In this document: positions 36,201 through 47,776 of the stretch, one piece after another | How positions within the stretch are numbered: the stretch's first letter is position 1 | Layout: each line of letters starts with the position of its first letter | Program-made: the position numbers and the translations under genes | NCBI GenBank assembly: GCA_002269645.1 | Contig: NIVC01000694.1 | Span: 124,001-188,000 of the forward strand | DNA: 64,000 bases | Reading direction: 5' to 3' | From: Macrostomum lignano | Lineage: Eukaryota | Notes under the pieces: generated by a model | Seen by the model: the letters and a program-made list of their open reading frames with translations, nothing else | What the model was told of the DNA's origin: nothing | Database searches by the model: none

Positions 36201-37627
36201 AGCAGCCGGAGACGGCCACCGAATCCACGCCGACTCCGCGAACTCCGACGCCTGCTGCGCCCGCTGCTGAGCCCTCCGTGCCTCTGTCGGCTTTGCAACT
36301 GCTGCTGCAGCAGCGCCCGGAGCCGCCGGCACCGCCCCCGCCTCCGCAGCCACAGCCGCAGCCTCGAGCCCAGGCCGCCTCTCCGGATTCGGAGCTCAGC
36401 GGCGGATCAACAGCAGAAGAACGCCAACTTCCCGACCAGGACATCGTCAGCCTGCCGTCGCGTCACTCTGTGCGCACCCCGACGCCATCGCTAGAGGAGC
36501 CGTCAGCGGCCACCCCGCCGCCGCAGCCGCAGCCGATCGCCCAGTCGTCTCGGATGGACACGGGCTGCCAGACCCTACAGGACGCTGTCTCCCAGACAGC
36601 CGTGGATGTCGAGGCGCAGACGACTCTGCCGATACCCGGCTCGCCGCCGCAGTCTGCTGTCCCCGAGGTGCCGCCCTCGGCCACGCCCTCGACACCGTCC
36701 TCACCCGCCACGCCGACCTGCGCGGACAGCATCTCCGAGGGCGTCTGGCTGCTGGACCGCAGCGAGGGTCAGGCGCCGAACATCCAGGTTGCCACCGAAG
36801 CTCGCCAGCTGCTCGGCCAGCTGGACGCCAGCAACGGCGAGGCCGCCTTCGATCTCACCGCCGACCAGTCTCTGGCCGACCCGCCCACCCGCAGCGAGGG
36901 CGAATTTCCGCGCCGGGCGCCGTCGCACCGGGCCGACCCCCGCCGTGATCCCGTGCTGGCCGTCATCGCTGGCAGCGACGGGCGCCCGCTCTACCCGCCC
37001 CCTCCTGGCCGGCGCCATCGCTCCGACGCAGCCGCCGCCGCTGCAGCCGCCGCCGCCGCGGACTTCGCCGACAGCTCAGCCGGCTCGTCCCTCTCTGAGC
37101 CAGGCGGCCCCGACAACGGTGACGACGTCACCGACATTATCGGCGACGATGACGATGACGCTGAGTTGCCGCCGCCTTCTCCGCCGCCACCGCCGGCCCC
37201 GGTGCCGTCGCGGCCTCCTCCGCCACCCTCGTCATCGTCCGCGGCCGCCCGAACCAGCGAGCCGAGCGAGCCGCTCCGGCCGAGCCAGTCGCCGCCCGCC
37301 CAGCGCGAGTCCCTGCAGCTGCGGGACAGCGCCGCCGCCGACGACCGCACCGCAATGGCCAGTACGGCCGAGTTCTCCACCGAGGCCACGGACCGGCCGG
37401 ACGTGGACCCGGACGCCTACCTGGGCCTGAGCAGCACCGCCACCAACCTGCTCAGCACCAACCAGGCCATCCAGGACGCCTTCGCTGCCACCGCGGACTC
37501 GGCCAGCCTGGGCACCACCGGGCCGCGCCGCCTGACGGTCAACGTGCCCGGCCTGGACCCCGTGGCCGGCAGCAGCCCGGATGAGGCCGACAGCGTCAGC
37601 GAGATCTCGCTGGGCGGCGGCCTGTAG
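33244..37627 (+). CDS. KIAA0586: TALPID3/KIAA0586-like centriole/ciliogenesis protein, apparently single-exon, with two 1-bp frameshifts
   Basis: AATAAATAAVAMAEPLIRGQQQVEANIGRLLERL resembles the recalled TALPID3 AATTAAAIATAAPLIKVQSDLE segment. AQRTLLEVRRRQKALE...SRDGKLIYSIVDAI...RARVRAIVDD resembles the conserved RILREVQNNKKVLE...KDGAAMYSLINAL block. C-terminal SEG motifs are present. Adding 1 G at about 35000 and 1 C at about 36189 fuses ORFs 33244, 35124 and 36278. Confidence 0.68.
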
Positions 37628-38140
37628 GCCCAGGCGGCTGGCGTTCCTCTGAACTGGCTGACTGACTGGCTGACTTCCGTTTTGAGTTGAGCCTGGCTGA
37701 CTGAATGGCTGACCCTCCCCAATGCCGCTTGTTCCCCTGCGGCGCTGTGCGCTGCCGCTGCTGTGTGCTCAGTTATATTAAAATTGCCTCTATTTTCTAC
37801 ACATTATTATTGCAGTCCTAACATCGCTCCGTCCCCTGGCCCTGAGACCATCAGGCCAACCAATTCCGTCTCCTCACCGAAGCTGCGACCAATTATTTAG
37901 TTTTTTAAAAATCTATTTATAATCTGAATAAATAAATCCCATATGCTGGTATCCGCAGTGCTGCGCAGTCCGAATATACTATTGTTATATTATAAATTAA
38001 TGATTTTGTTATCAAATTCTCATTATTTACGAGTTATTTGTTTCTGTCTAGTGACCCGCGAGGCACCTGTGAGCAGGGACCGCCTGGAAGCTAAGAGACT
38101 GCTCGGTATGATTGATCCTCGACAGCTGGCACATGGATCA

Positions 38141-38605
38141 CGGAATCCATCTACCGAATCCATCTACAGAATCCTTCTACCGAATCCATCTACCGAATCC
38201 ATCTACCGAATCCATCTACCGAATCCATCTACCGAATCCATCTACCGAATCCATCTACAGAATCCTTCTACAGAATCCATCTACAGAATCCATCTACCGA
38301 ATCCATCTACCAAATCCATCTACCGAATCCTTCTACCGAATCCATCTACCGAATCCATCTACAGAATCCTTCTACCGAATCCATCTACCGAATCCTTCTA
38401 CCGAATCCATCTACCGAATCCATCTACCGAATCCATCTACCGAATCCATCTACAGAATCCTTCTACCGAATCCATCTACAGAATCCTTCTACCGAATCCA
38501 TCTACCTAATCCATCTACCGAATCCATCTACCGAATCCATCTACCGAATCCATCTACCGAATCCTTCTACTGAATCCATCTACCGAATCCTTCTACCGAA
38601 TCCAT
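38141..38605. repeat. 13-bp minisatellite (ACCGAATCCATCT)n
   Basis: About 35 units. Confidence 0.96.
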
Positions 38606-38757
38606 CTTGATTGTTGATTGAGACAGAAGTGCTGTACTGTACAATCAAAGATCTGAAAGACTGAGCACTCGGTAGAAGCTGGCTGCCACCGAAATCTAAG
38701 GCAGGGCAGCCAAGATAAAATTGTTCATGCAAACTACGAGTCTATCTATCTATTTAC

Positions 38758-38892
38758 CTATCTTTCCATCCATCCGTCTATCTATCTACCTTTCTACCTA
38801 CCTATCTATCTATCTAACCTATCTAGCCAGCTACCTATCTATCTATCTATATCTATCTATCTATCTATCTATTTATTTGTTATCTATCTATC
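38758..38892. repeat. Degenerate (CTAT)n microsatellite
   Basis: Read directly. Confidence 0.85.
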
Positions 38893-39534
38893 TAGTGAAG
38901 CCTTTTGTTTTGAACTCTAGTTGTTGTTCAGCAATGTTGAGCTCAGCGTGCTGAGTCTGAGCTCGGCATGCTTACAAGATAATCCGAAGGAATGTGCCAC
39001 TACACGTACGCTTTTCTGCCCAGTGCATTTGGAAATTCCACTTAAATCATGTGAACAGAATTTTGAGCAGTGCGTACTGTGTAGGCTCTTGAACATGCAC
39101 TTAAGCGGCAAGTAAAATTATAGTTTTCGAAGATTTAGAGATAGGGGATTTCTTTGGGGGAAATAATGGGCTATGAATAATTTTGTCATAATCTATAAGA
39201 GATGCACGCTAAGATAAGAGCATTTCACACGTTAGCAACTATAGAAATTCGTCACCTGATCAAGTTAAAATATGACAGAGTATAAAGCCAAAAGATGCTG
39301 AGAAGAGCTTCGTATGTATTGTGTAATATGTATTGCATACAATATTAAGGACTCACCTCCTCTGACCTTTGCAATTAGAATGATGGCGATAATTCCGTCA
39401 ATAAGTCAGTAAAACAGAGTTCTGAGTAAACTTACAGCACTATTTCATTATTTATTTGGAGTTTAATGCTAGCAAAATTGAGCTCGAGACTGCATGCTCA
39501 GGGAGCCGACAGTCGCTGAAAGGACATCTTGAAC

Positions 39535-39580
39535 TTTTCGCTTTTCGTTTTTCGTTTTTCGATTCGACCATATATTTAAA
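39535..39580 (+). promoter_or_regulatory. Candidate promoter of micro-gene A: 4x (N)TTTTCG followed by TATATTTAAA
   Basis: Conserved in position in both paralogs, upstream of a UTR exon ending at the AG/GTGAGA donor (39741/39742). Confidence 0.55.
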
Positions 39581-39997
39581 TGGAGGCGCGGCCCCGGAGG
39601 CGGCTGAGACATTTAATTCACCTGTTGGAGCTGCCGAACTGTTTGATAATCAATCAGTTGAAAGCCTCTCAAATAATTTTTGGTTTCCTGTCACTGGACC
39701 GCTCAGACTATCTGACATTTTGCAACGCTTCATTGTATAAGGTGAGAATATTTAATAACTCTCTCAGTTATTGGCTACCTGTATCCTCGTACCAGTAACT
39801 ATTTACATATTCTATTTTCGAGAATCATGTAATAGCCAAGCATTTGGGACTGCGCACACTGAGACTTAATATATTAAACAGTAGGCTTAGTGAGCCGCCA
39901 TAGTGATGAAGCATTGGCCAGCTGCAGCCATGCTAAGCATGAGCAGCCATGTCATCATCATCACTAACTCGATCCGCCCGCACCCCGCAGTCTCTCA

Positions 39998-40189
39998 ATG
40001 GACAAGACGGCCAAGCAGCAGGCGAACCCGAAGCCGCAGGCCGGCGGCCAGGCCAAAGGCGGCGATGACGGGCAGCAGCAGCAGCAGACGGGCGGCTACT
40101 CAGGCAAGGGCGACAAGGCCGACTTGGACAACCACGCCAAGCAGCTCAACCCCAACAACTGGCGGTTCAAGGGGCCTCAGAGCAATTGA
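39998..40189 (+). CDS. 63-aa Gly/Gln-rich protein with a GYSGKG..ADLDNHAKQLNPNN motif (paralog A)
   Basis: ATG 7 nt after a CCCCGCAG acceptor, reading frame conserved with paralog B, and AATAAA at about 40331. Confidence 0.8.
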   Translation: MDKTAKQQANPKPQAGGQAKGGDDGQQQQQTGGYSGKGDKADLDNHAKQLNPNNWRFKGPQSN

Positions 40190-41148
40190 GAACCGCAGGC
40201 GGGAGATGAACTCACTCTGTGCTTATGAATTGGCATTTTGAGCAAGTGTGACAGAAAGCATTTTATTTCCATCTTTTTGTTCAAAGCATTTGCGATTAAG
40301 TTTCCGTTTCTGCTTTAGTTGAGCTTTAAAAATAAACAAAGCATCCAGCTGATGAAGCTGTTTTTGCTGTAATATCGATTGGAAACTTGCTTCATGGCAA
40401 CCAAAGCCTTCGCCAAGAGGTCACATGGCATCTAAAAATAAAAAACCGTTTTTAGGAATGCATGGAGAAAATCAGGGAAGACTAGCAGCTCATTCTGGTT
40501 ATTTGTAACTGAAATAATGTAAATAATAATTGGTTAGAATAATCAGTAAACTGCAGGCCTTGAGGTCTGGAGCATAAAAATTCCTCATGTGAGCACAAAG
40601 CATACCAGAAACGTACGGCGCTAAAGTCAAACACGCGCTCATGTCTGCATATGTGCATTATTTAGAGATTCCACTCGCATTCGAGAAAATTAACTGAACA
40701 GCATTTTGAGCAGTGAAGTGAATAGACTCTTGAACATGCCTTACTATCAGGGACCCGAGAGGATCTCAGGGGGGAGGTGAGGCTAAAGTACATGGCACCC
40801 CCGATGCCAATAAAATATGTCTGATCATATTCTGCAACAAATGCCCGTGAAGAGTAGTTCAATGCAGTCTCCTTTATTATACGTTAGTTTATAAATCATT
40901 AAAAAGACAGAAAAAGACAAAATATGCTGAAAATAAATGATATTCAATTGAAGCAATAATGCACGATTAATCGCGGAACAATCGTAATGCTGATAATTCC
41001 GTCAGCAGTTCAGTAAAACAGTTTTTCAGCATCCATCTTGCAACATCATTTGAGTTCCACTCGCTGTGCAGGATTTTAATGCTAGCGAAATTGCGTTTGA
41101 GACAGCTAAAATCAGGCAGACAACAATCGCCAAAAGGACATCTTGCAC

Positions 41149-41216
41149 TTTTCGCTTTTCGTTTTTCGCTTTTCGTTTTTCGTTTTTCGTTTTTCGATTT
41201 CACCATCTATTTAAAT
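41149..41216 (+). promoter_or_regulatory. Candidate promoter of micro-gene B: 7x (N)TTTTCG followed by CTATTTAAA
   Basis: Homologous to 39535-39580; the UTR exon ends at the AG/GTAAGC donor (41380/41381). Confidence 0.55.
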
Positions 41217-41560
41217 GGAGGCCCTATGGGTGGCTGCGGATTAAACGGATTTCAATTTCACCTGAAGCTGCCGAACTGTTTGATAATCAATCAATTAAGA
41301 GCTTTGGATTCATTCTTGGTCTCCTGCAATTGGACCACTCAGACTAGCTGCACATTTATATCCATCGCTTCAGTTTTAAGGTAAGCACATAATTTGCTCT
41401 TACTCTTGGCTAGGAGTAACTACTTCAATATATTAGTTTTTGAAGCATAACTGCCACTGTGACCTGCACACACGGGCACTTGATCTTGAATATTGAAATA
41501 GTAGGCTTTGCAAATGAGTATACTATAAGCATTGGCTGCACTCAAGCTAACAATAAAGCA

Positions 41561-42727
41561 GTGAGCAGCCATAGTGATGAAGCACTGGCCAGCTGCAGTC
41601 ATGCTGGCAGTGAGCAGCCATAGTGATGAAGCATTGGCCAGCTGCAGTCATGCTGGCAGTGAGCAGCCATAGTGATGAAGCATTGGCAAGCTGCAGTCAT
41701 GCTGACAATGAGCAGCCATAGTGATGAAGCATTGGCAAGCTGCAGTCATGCTGACAGTGAGCAGCCATAGTGATGAAGCATTGGCTAGCTGCAGTCATGC
41801 TGGCAGTGAGCAGCCATAGTGATGAAGCATTGGCCAGCTGCAGTCATGCTGGCAGTGAGCAGCCATAGTGATGGAGCATTGGCCAGCTGCAGTCATGCTG
41901 GCAGTGAGCAGCCATAGTGATGGAGCATTGGCCAGCTGCAGTCATGCTGGCAGTGAGCAGCCATAGTGATGGAGCATTGGCCAGCTGCAGTCATGCTGGC
42001 AGTGAGCAGCCTTAGTGATGAAGCATTGGCAAGCTGCAGTCATGCTGGCAGTGAGCAGCCATAGTGATGAAGCATTGGCAAGCTGCAGTCATGCTGGCAG
42101 TGAGCAGCCATAGTGATGAAGCATTGGCCAGCTGCAGTCATGCTGGCAGTGAGCAGCCATAGTGATGAAGCATTGGCCAGCTGCAGTCATGCTGGCAGTG
42201 AGCAGCCATAGTGATGAAGCATTGGCCAGCTGTAGTCATGCTATTGAGCAGTGAGCAGCCATAGTGATGGAGCATTGGCCAGCTGCAGTCATGCTGGCAG
42301 TGAGCAGCCATAGTGATGAAGCATTGGCCAGCTGCAGTCATGCTATTGAGCAGTGAGCAGCCATAGTGATGAAGCATTGGCCAGCTGCAGTCATGCTATT
42401 GAGCAGTGAGCAGCCATAGTGATGAAGCATTGGCCAGCTGCAGTCATGCTGGCAGTGAGCAGCCATAGTGATGAAGCATTGGCCAGCTGCAGTCATGCTA
42501 TTGAGCAGTGAGCAGCCATAGTGATGAAGCATTGGCCAGCTGCAGTCATGCTATTGAGCAGTGAGCAGCCATAGTGATGAAGCATTGGCCAGCTGCAGTC
42601 ATGCTATTGAGCAGTGAGCAGCCATAGTGATGAAGCATTGGCCAGCTGCAGTCATGCTATTGAGCAGTGAGCAGCCATAGTGATGAAGCATTGGCCAGCT
42701 GCAGTCATGCTGGCAGTGAGCAGCCAT
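41561..42727. repeat. 49-bp intronic minisatellite (with a 56-bp variant), about 23 copies
   Basis: Unit GAGCAGCCATAGTGATGAAGCATTGGCCAGCTGCAGTCATGCTGGCAGT. Confidence 0.96.
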
Positions 42728-42765
42728 CTCATAACTCACCTGATCCACCCGCACCCGCAGTCTCA

Positions 42766-42963
42766 ATGGACAAGGATAAGGATGCCAATCAGTCAGCGAG
42801 TCAGCCGAAGCCGCAGGCCGGCGGCCAGGCCAAAGGCGGCGACGCGCAGCAGCAGCAGAAGACAGGCGGCTACTCAGGCAAGGGCACCAAGGCCGACCTC
42901 GACAACCATTCGAATCAGCTCAACCCCAACAACGAACTATACAAGGAGCCCCAGAGCAAATGA
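42766..42963 (+). CDS. 65-aa Gly/Gln-rich protein with a GYSGKG..ADLDNHSNQLNPNN motif (paralog B)
   Basis: ATG 5 nt after a CACCCGCAG acceptor, collinear with paralog A, and AATAAA at about 43109. Confidence 0.8.
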   Translation: MDKDKDANQSASQPKPQAGGQAKGGDAQQQQKTGGYSGKGTKADLDNHSNQLNPNNELYKEPQSK

Positions 42964-43955
42964 AAACCGCTGGGCGGCTGAGCTGAACTCAACTTGTGTG
43001 CTCTTGTGAATTGGCATTTAAAGCAGTGACAGAAGGCATTTCATTTCCATCTTTTTGTTCAACCAGTCGATAGTTAAATTTCTGTTGTTTGCTCAGTTGA
43101 GCTCTACAAATAAACAAAACATTCAGCTGATGGTGGAGCTTTTTGCTATTATTTGATTGGAACTGCCTTTGTTATAATGCTTATTTCTAGGAGCTAAAAT
43201 CTTGCAATCAGTGCCCGCCGCCTGCCTGCAAGTGACCTTTGGGTTCACTGGATGTACCATGGATGCATACTGCAAGGATGACTCAAGTAGAATTGAAATT
43301 GAAAATATGATTATATGTTAATTTCTTACGCACATTCCCTGTACCTAAAAATCAAAAATGCATGGCTCAGTTCGACTCATTGGTTTTAGGAATCAATTTT
43401 ATCATCTCTGTTACACATTCTTATTCAGACAGCTAAGAATGATGAATTTTAATGGCATTTTAATGGTTTTTAGGCACAGGACAGGTACGATTGTAGAATA
43501 AAAAAAGAATACTGATCATGTATCTAGACTGCGCGCTGTGTCACTGACAGCAGCTTATCAATGCGCGCTGTGTCATACTCGATCTGCACACAGGTGACTG
43601 GCCCGCCCAACCTGTGTTGACCACGCGAAGGCCTCATCGCCGGATTAAAAGTTACAAATGATAAAATTGATGCATTAAAACAAAGCTGCAGAACTCCATC
43701 AGGCAGTGCAGTGCTTCTGTGGTTCTCAAGCATAGCGCTGTAAACTGAATGAGAGCGCGGCCGCTGTGGCCCGCATATATTGCACTCCGGTTAAGCAAGA
43801 CTGTACACAGTTCACTGACAGCCGCGTGAGCAGCAGGTCGAAAATTCATTCACCAAAACATTTAACGAGGTCATCGGATTCGGCCTGGAAATCAGCAAAA
43901 CATTGAAATAACATTCATTAAGCATTAAGCATGTGCGGTCCAGACCGGCCGGCCT

Positions 43956-44723
43956 TCAAAACCTGTTGGGCGGCGGGGCCGGCGGCGCCGCGGGTGTCCG
44001 CTCGAAGTTCGAGCTGCTGGAGGATTCCGAGTCAGCGTCGTCCTGGGCCGCCGCCGCCGCCACGGAAGCTGAGGACACGACGCAGTGCAGCGGGCAGGCG
44101 GCCTCCGCGTCCACATCGGTTCTGGGCGACAGCCGGTGGAGCTGGTGGTCCAGCAGCCACTGCTGGTGGTTGAGCTTCAGGTTGAGGGTGGCGTTCTCCG
44201 CCTCCAGCAGCGCCAGCCGCCGGTTCAGGCGGTTCAGCTCGCACTGCAGGCCGCCGTTGCCGCCGCCGCCGCTGCCGCCGCCGCTGCCGCCGGCCTCGCT
44301 TGGAGTCGGCGGATCGACGCAGAACCGAGGCGGCGGCAGCAGCGCTGGCTGCATGGGAGGCGGCTGCGGCGGCGGCGGCGGCGGCGGCGGCGGCAGAGCG
44401 GGGGGTTTCGCCGCCCCTCCGGCCCCAGACTGCTGCGGCTGCTGGAGGCCGCAGACGATGGAGCCCCGGTGCTGGTTGTGGTGCAGCTCGAAGCTGGAAC
44501 AGTGCAGCTGGTTGGCGCCACAGCCGCCGCAGCCACCAACGCCGCTGCCGCCGACCCTGGCCGCCAATGTCATGACCTCGATGGGCACCTTGCCGCTGGA
44601 CTCCACCAGGCCGGGGGTGCTCTGGCTGCGCTTCAGGTTCGCTGCGGGAGGCGCCTCCGGTTTTTGAAATTTCTCTCTCGTGACATCGCCAAGCCAAGAA
44701 ACTTTTGTTTCACCATTTTGCAT
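43956..44723 (-). CDS. CNG channel, probable last coding exon (low-complexity tail plus coiled coil ELNRLNRRLALLEAEN)
   Basis: Downstream of and co-oriented with the CNBD exon; resembles the CNG C-terminal leucine zipper. The 5' splice junction is not resolved. Confidence 0.55.
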   Translation of the reverse strand: MQNGETKVSWLGDVTREKFQKPEAPPAANLKRSQSTPGLVESSGKVPIEVMTLAARVGGSGVGGCGGCGANQLHCSSFELHHNQHRGSIVCGLQQPQQSGAGGAAKPPALPPPPPPPPPQPPPMQPALLPPPRFCVDPPTPSEAGGSGGGSGGGGNGGLQCELNRLNRRLALLEAENATLNLKLNHQQWLLDHQLHRLSPRTDVDAEAACPLHCVVSSASVAAAAAQDDADSESSSSSNFERTPAAPPAPPPNRF

Positions 44724-45160
44724 GCAATTTGTAAACTACGACCAGCTTCAAACTCTTTCATTGCTACTCTTCAGTAGGCAATCGCGAATACCTACTGAAG
44801 TTCCGCTTTCAAACTGGCCACGCACGGGCTCGAATCCCGCCCGCAGTAATGTCAGCGGCAGTTCTCCACACGCAAACATCACGTTTTGCACTGGCTGAGC
44901 AATAAATTAATTTGAGAACTCCCCTGGGTCCAACAAAGGCGCCACACTGGCTAATGAACCCCCACCCCCTGCTGCCGCTGCTGCAGACGGCAGTTCACCT
45001 GAGTCCGCGGGGACTCAAAAAAAACCTGGCCGAGTTTTGCTCTCTGATTGACTGAGCGAGGCGCCTCAAAGACCCCGGGGCCAATTTTGCTTTTCAATTT
45101 TCCCGAGACTCAAACTCGATTTGCTGACGCAGCTGCTCAAGCGATCACGCCTCAAGTGGG

Positions 45161-45460
45161 TAAACACAGCCTAAACACTGCTTAAACACAGCCTAAACAC
45201 AGTCTAAACAGTCTAAACACAGACTAAAAAGAATAAACACATCCTAACCGCAGTATAAACACAGTATAAACACAACATAAACACACATAATAAACAGTCT
45301 AAAGATAACATAAACACACATAATAAACAGTATAAACACAACATAAACACCCAGAATAAACAGTCTAAACACAGCCTAAACACATCATAAACACACAGCA
45401 TAAACAGTATAAACACAACATAAACACACAGCATAAACAGTCTAAACACAGCCTAAACAC
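45161..45460. repeat. Degenerate AC-rich short-unit repeat (TAAACACA core)
   Basis: Read directly; intronic. Confidence 0.8.
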
Positions 45461-45528
45461 AGCCGATCTGGGCGCGGCAGCTGCAGCAGAAAGAAGCCCC
45501 GGCCAGCACCGGTGCCTGAGTGCCTCAC

Positions 45529-45834
45529 CTTCCTCAATCGGCTTCTTCTTGAAGGCCTGCAGTCGCTTGGCCGCGATGGCCTCCAGCTTCACCCTGGCGG
45601 CCGGGTAGTCCTTCAGCACGTCCCACAGGTCGGTCTTGGACAGGCAGAACAGGTCCGAGTAGCCCACGGACTTCACCGAGGCCGTTCGCCGGTTGCCCAT
45701 GGTGCCCATGTTGAGGATTGACAGCTCGCCGAAGTAACTGCCGGGCCGCAGTGTGGCCAGCACCTTCTTGCAGTCCTCCGCCACCACCTGCAGCTTGCCG
45801 CGGCTGATGATGTACATGTGCTTGCCCACCTCGC
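45529..45834 (-). CDS. CNGA: CNG channel exon: cyclic-nucleotide-binding domain
   Basis: GEVGKHMYII...GSYFGELSIL...NRRTASVKSVGYSDLFCLSK; phase 1-1 GT-AG exon of 306 nt. Confidence 0.93.
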
Positions 45835-45874
45835 CTGCGGGCGGGAGGGGCAGGGCTACGGTGCAATGCATTTG

Positions 45875-46310
45875 CTCCTTGAACCTGCCTCTCCGCTCCT
45901 TGAATCTGCCTCTCCACTCCTTGAATCTGCCTCTCCGCTCCTTGAATCTGCCTCTCCGCTCCTTGAATCTGCCTCTCCGCTCCTTGAATCTGCCTCTCCA
46001 CTCCTTGAATCTGCCTCTCCGCTCCTTGAATCTGCCTCTCCGCTCCTTGAATCTGCCTCTCCACTCCTTGAATCTGCCTCTCCGCTCCTTGAATCTGCCT
46101 CTCCACTCCTTGAATCTGCCTCTCCACTCCTTGAATCTGCCTCTCCGCTCCTTGAATCTGCCTCTCCACTCCTCGAATCTGCCTCTCCGCTCCTCGAATC
46201 TGCCTCTCCGCTCCTCGAATCTGCCTCTCCACTCCTTCACTCTGCCTCTCTGCTCATTGAATCTGCCTCTCCGCTCCTTGAATCTGCCGCTCCGCTCCTT
46301 AAACCTGCCT
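45875..46310. repeat. 21-bp intronic minisatellite (CCTTGAATCTGCCTCTCCGCT)n
   Basis: About 20 units, starting roughly 40 nt from the acceptor. Confidence 0.96.
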
Positions 46311-47027
46311 CTTCGCTTGTAAGCACAGCAGATCTCAGCCGCCATCGAACAGGAACTCGGAAAGTCTCTACCAGTTAAAAGTGCATCTGCCAGCCCCGAC
46401 GAGGCTGCGCCAACCCTATTCATGTGCACTTGGGGCAGGATGCCCGCCAAGACTCGGCCTTCCTATTCCCACACTGACCGACGTAAACAGGTTGCGATTG
46501 GGGTGGGGAATACTGACAATCAAATCCGTGAAGTGCAGGCCGCCGCTTCGCCTGCCGGCCCTCTCGATGCCCCCCATCCGATTCTTCACCCTGCCGCAGC
46601 GCCGGTGTCTGAGATCCGCTGTCCCGGCTTATCGCCCGGCCAAAAATGTCAGTTGGCCGGCGCAATCCCCCCTGCTTATCGCCCGGCCGCCGCGGCTCCG
46701 CCCAGAGCTGCCTGCGGAACGTGCCCGCCCGCCCGACCGACCGACCGCCTGTCCCAGCCGCCTGCGCATCCAGAAAGCCCCCCCCCCCTGGCCGGGCGCT
46801 CCTTCGCCGGCCGCCGCTTCTTCTTTTAATTCCGATAAAAATAGCTGGCGTCACGTGCCAAGAGCTGCAGGAGGGTCTTATTGGCCTGGCGTGATGCCCT
46901 GTGCTCATTTCCTGCTCGAATGCTTGGAGGAAGTCTGGGCAGGTGCTGTCGCTTCCTTTTAAATTGACGGACTGGGGAAGGTGCGACTTCTGAGGCAGGC
47001 GGGGTCTGTGAGTCCTGTGAGGTTTGC

Positions 47028-47205
47028 GACCTGTGAAATGTGTGACACCTGTGAAATGTGTGACACCTGTGAAATGTGTGACACCTGTGAAATCTGTGAC
47101 ATCTGTGACATCTGTGAAATCTGTGACATCTGTGACACCTGTGAAATCTGTGACATCTGTGACACCTGTGAAATCTGTGACCCTGTGAAGTCTGTTACAC
47201 CTGTG
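47028..47205. repeat. 9-bp-based minisatellite (TGTGACACC/TGTGAAATC)
   Basis: Read directly. Confidence 0.9.
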
Positions 47206-47249
47206 AAACCTGAGGCATCTGGAATAGTTTTGAGATCCGTGAGAGATGA

Positions 47250-47655
47250 GAGACACTGTGAGACATGAGAGACATTGTGAGACATGAGAGACATTGTGAG
47301 ACATGAGAGACATTGTGAGACATGAGAGACATTGTGAGACATGAGAGACACTGTGAGACATGAGAGACACTGTGAGACATGAGAGACATTGTGAGAAATG
47401 AGAGACATTGTGAGACATGAGAGACATTGTGAGACATGAGAGACACTGTGTGACATGAGAGACATTGTGAGACATGAGAGACACTGTGAGAAATGAGAGA
47501 CACTGTGAGACATAAGAGACATTGTGAGACATGAGAGACACTGTGAGACATAAGAGACACTGTGAGACATGAGAGACACTGTGAGACATAAGAGACATTG
47601 TGAGAAATGAGAGACATTGTGAGAAATGAGAGACATTGTGAGACATGAGAGACAC
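47250..47655. repeat. 19-bp minisatellite (TGTGAGACATGAGAGACAT)n
   Basis: About 21 units. Confidence 0.95.
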
Positions 47656-47776
47656 GGCCCAGCATAGCGAGAAACGCGAGAAATCGCTCAATCCGTCAGA
47701 CTGATGCAGCCATCTGCATGCACTCCTGAGCAGACAGAGACCCAGACTGCACAGTCCCAGCCCATTAGCAACTCAC

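Larger units (their letters stand above)
39030..43140 (+). repeat. Diverged tandem segmental duplication (copy A about 39030-40380, copy B about 40660-43140), each copy carrying one micro-gene
   Basis: Collinear matches in upstream DNA, the TTTTCG array, TATA-like box, UTR exon, donor, acceptor, CDS and 3' UTR with AATAAA. Confidence 0.9.
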
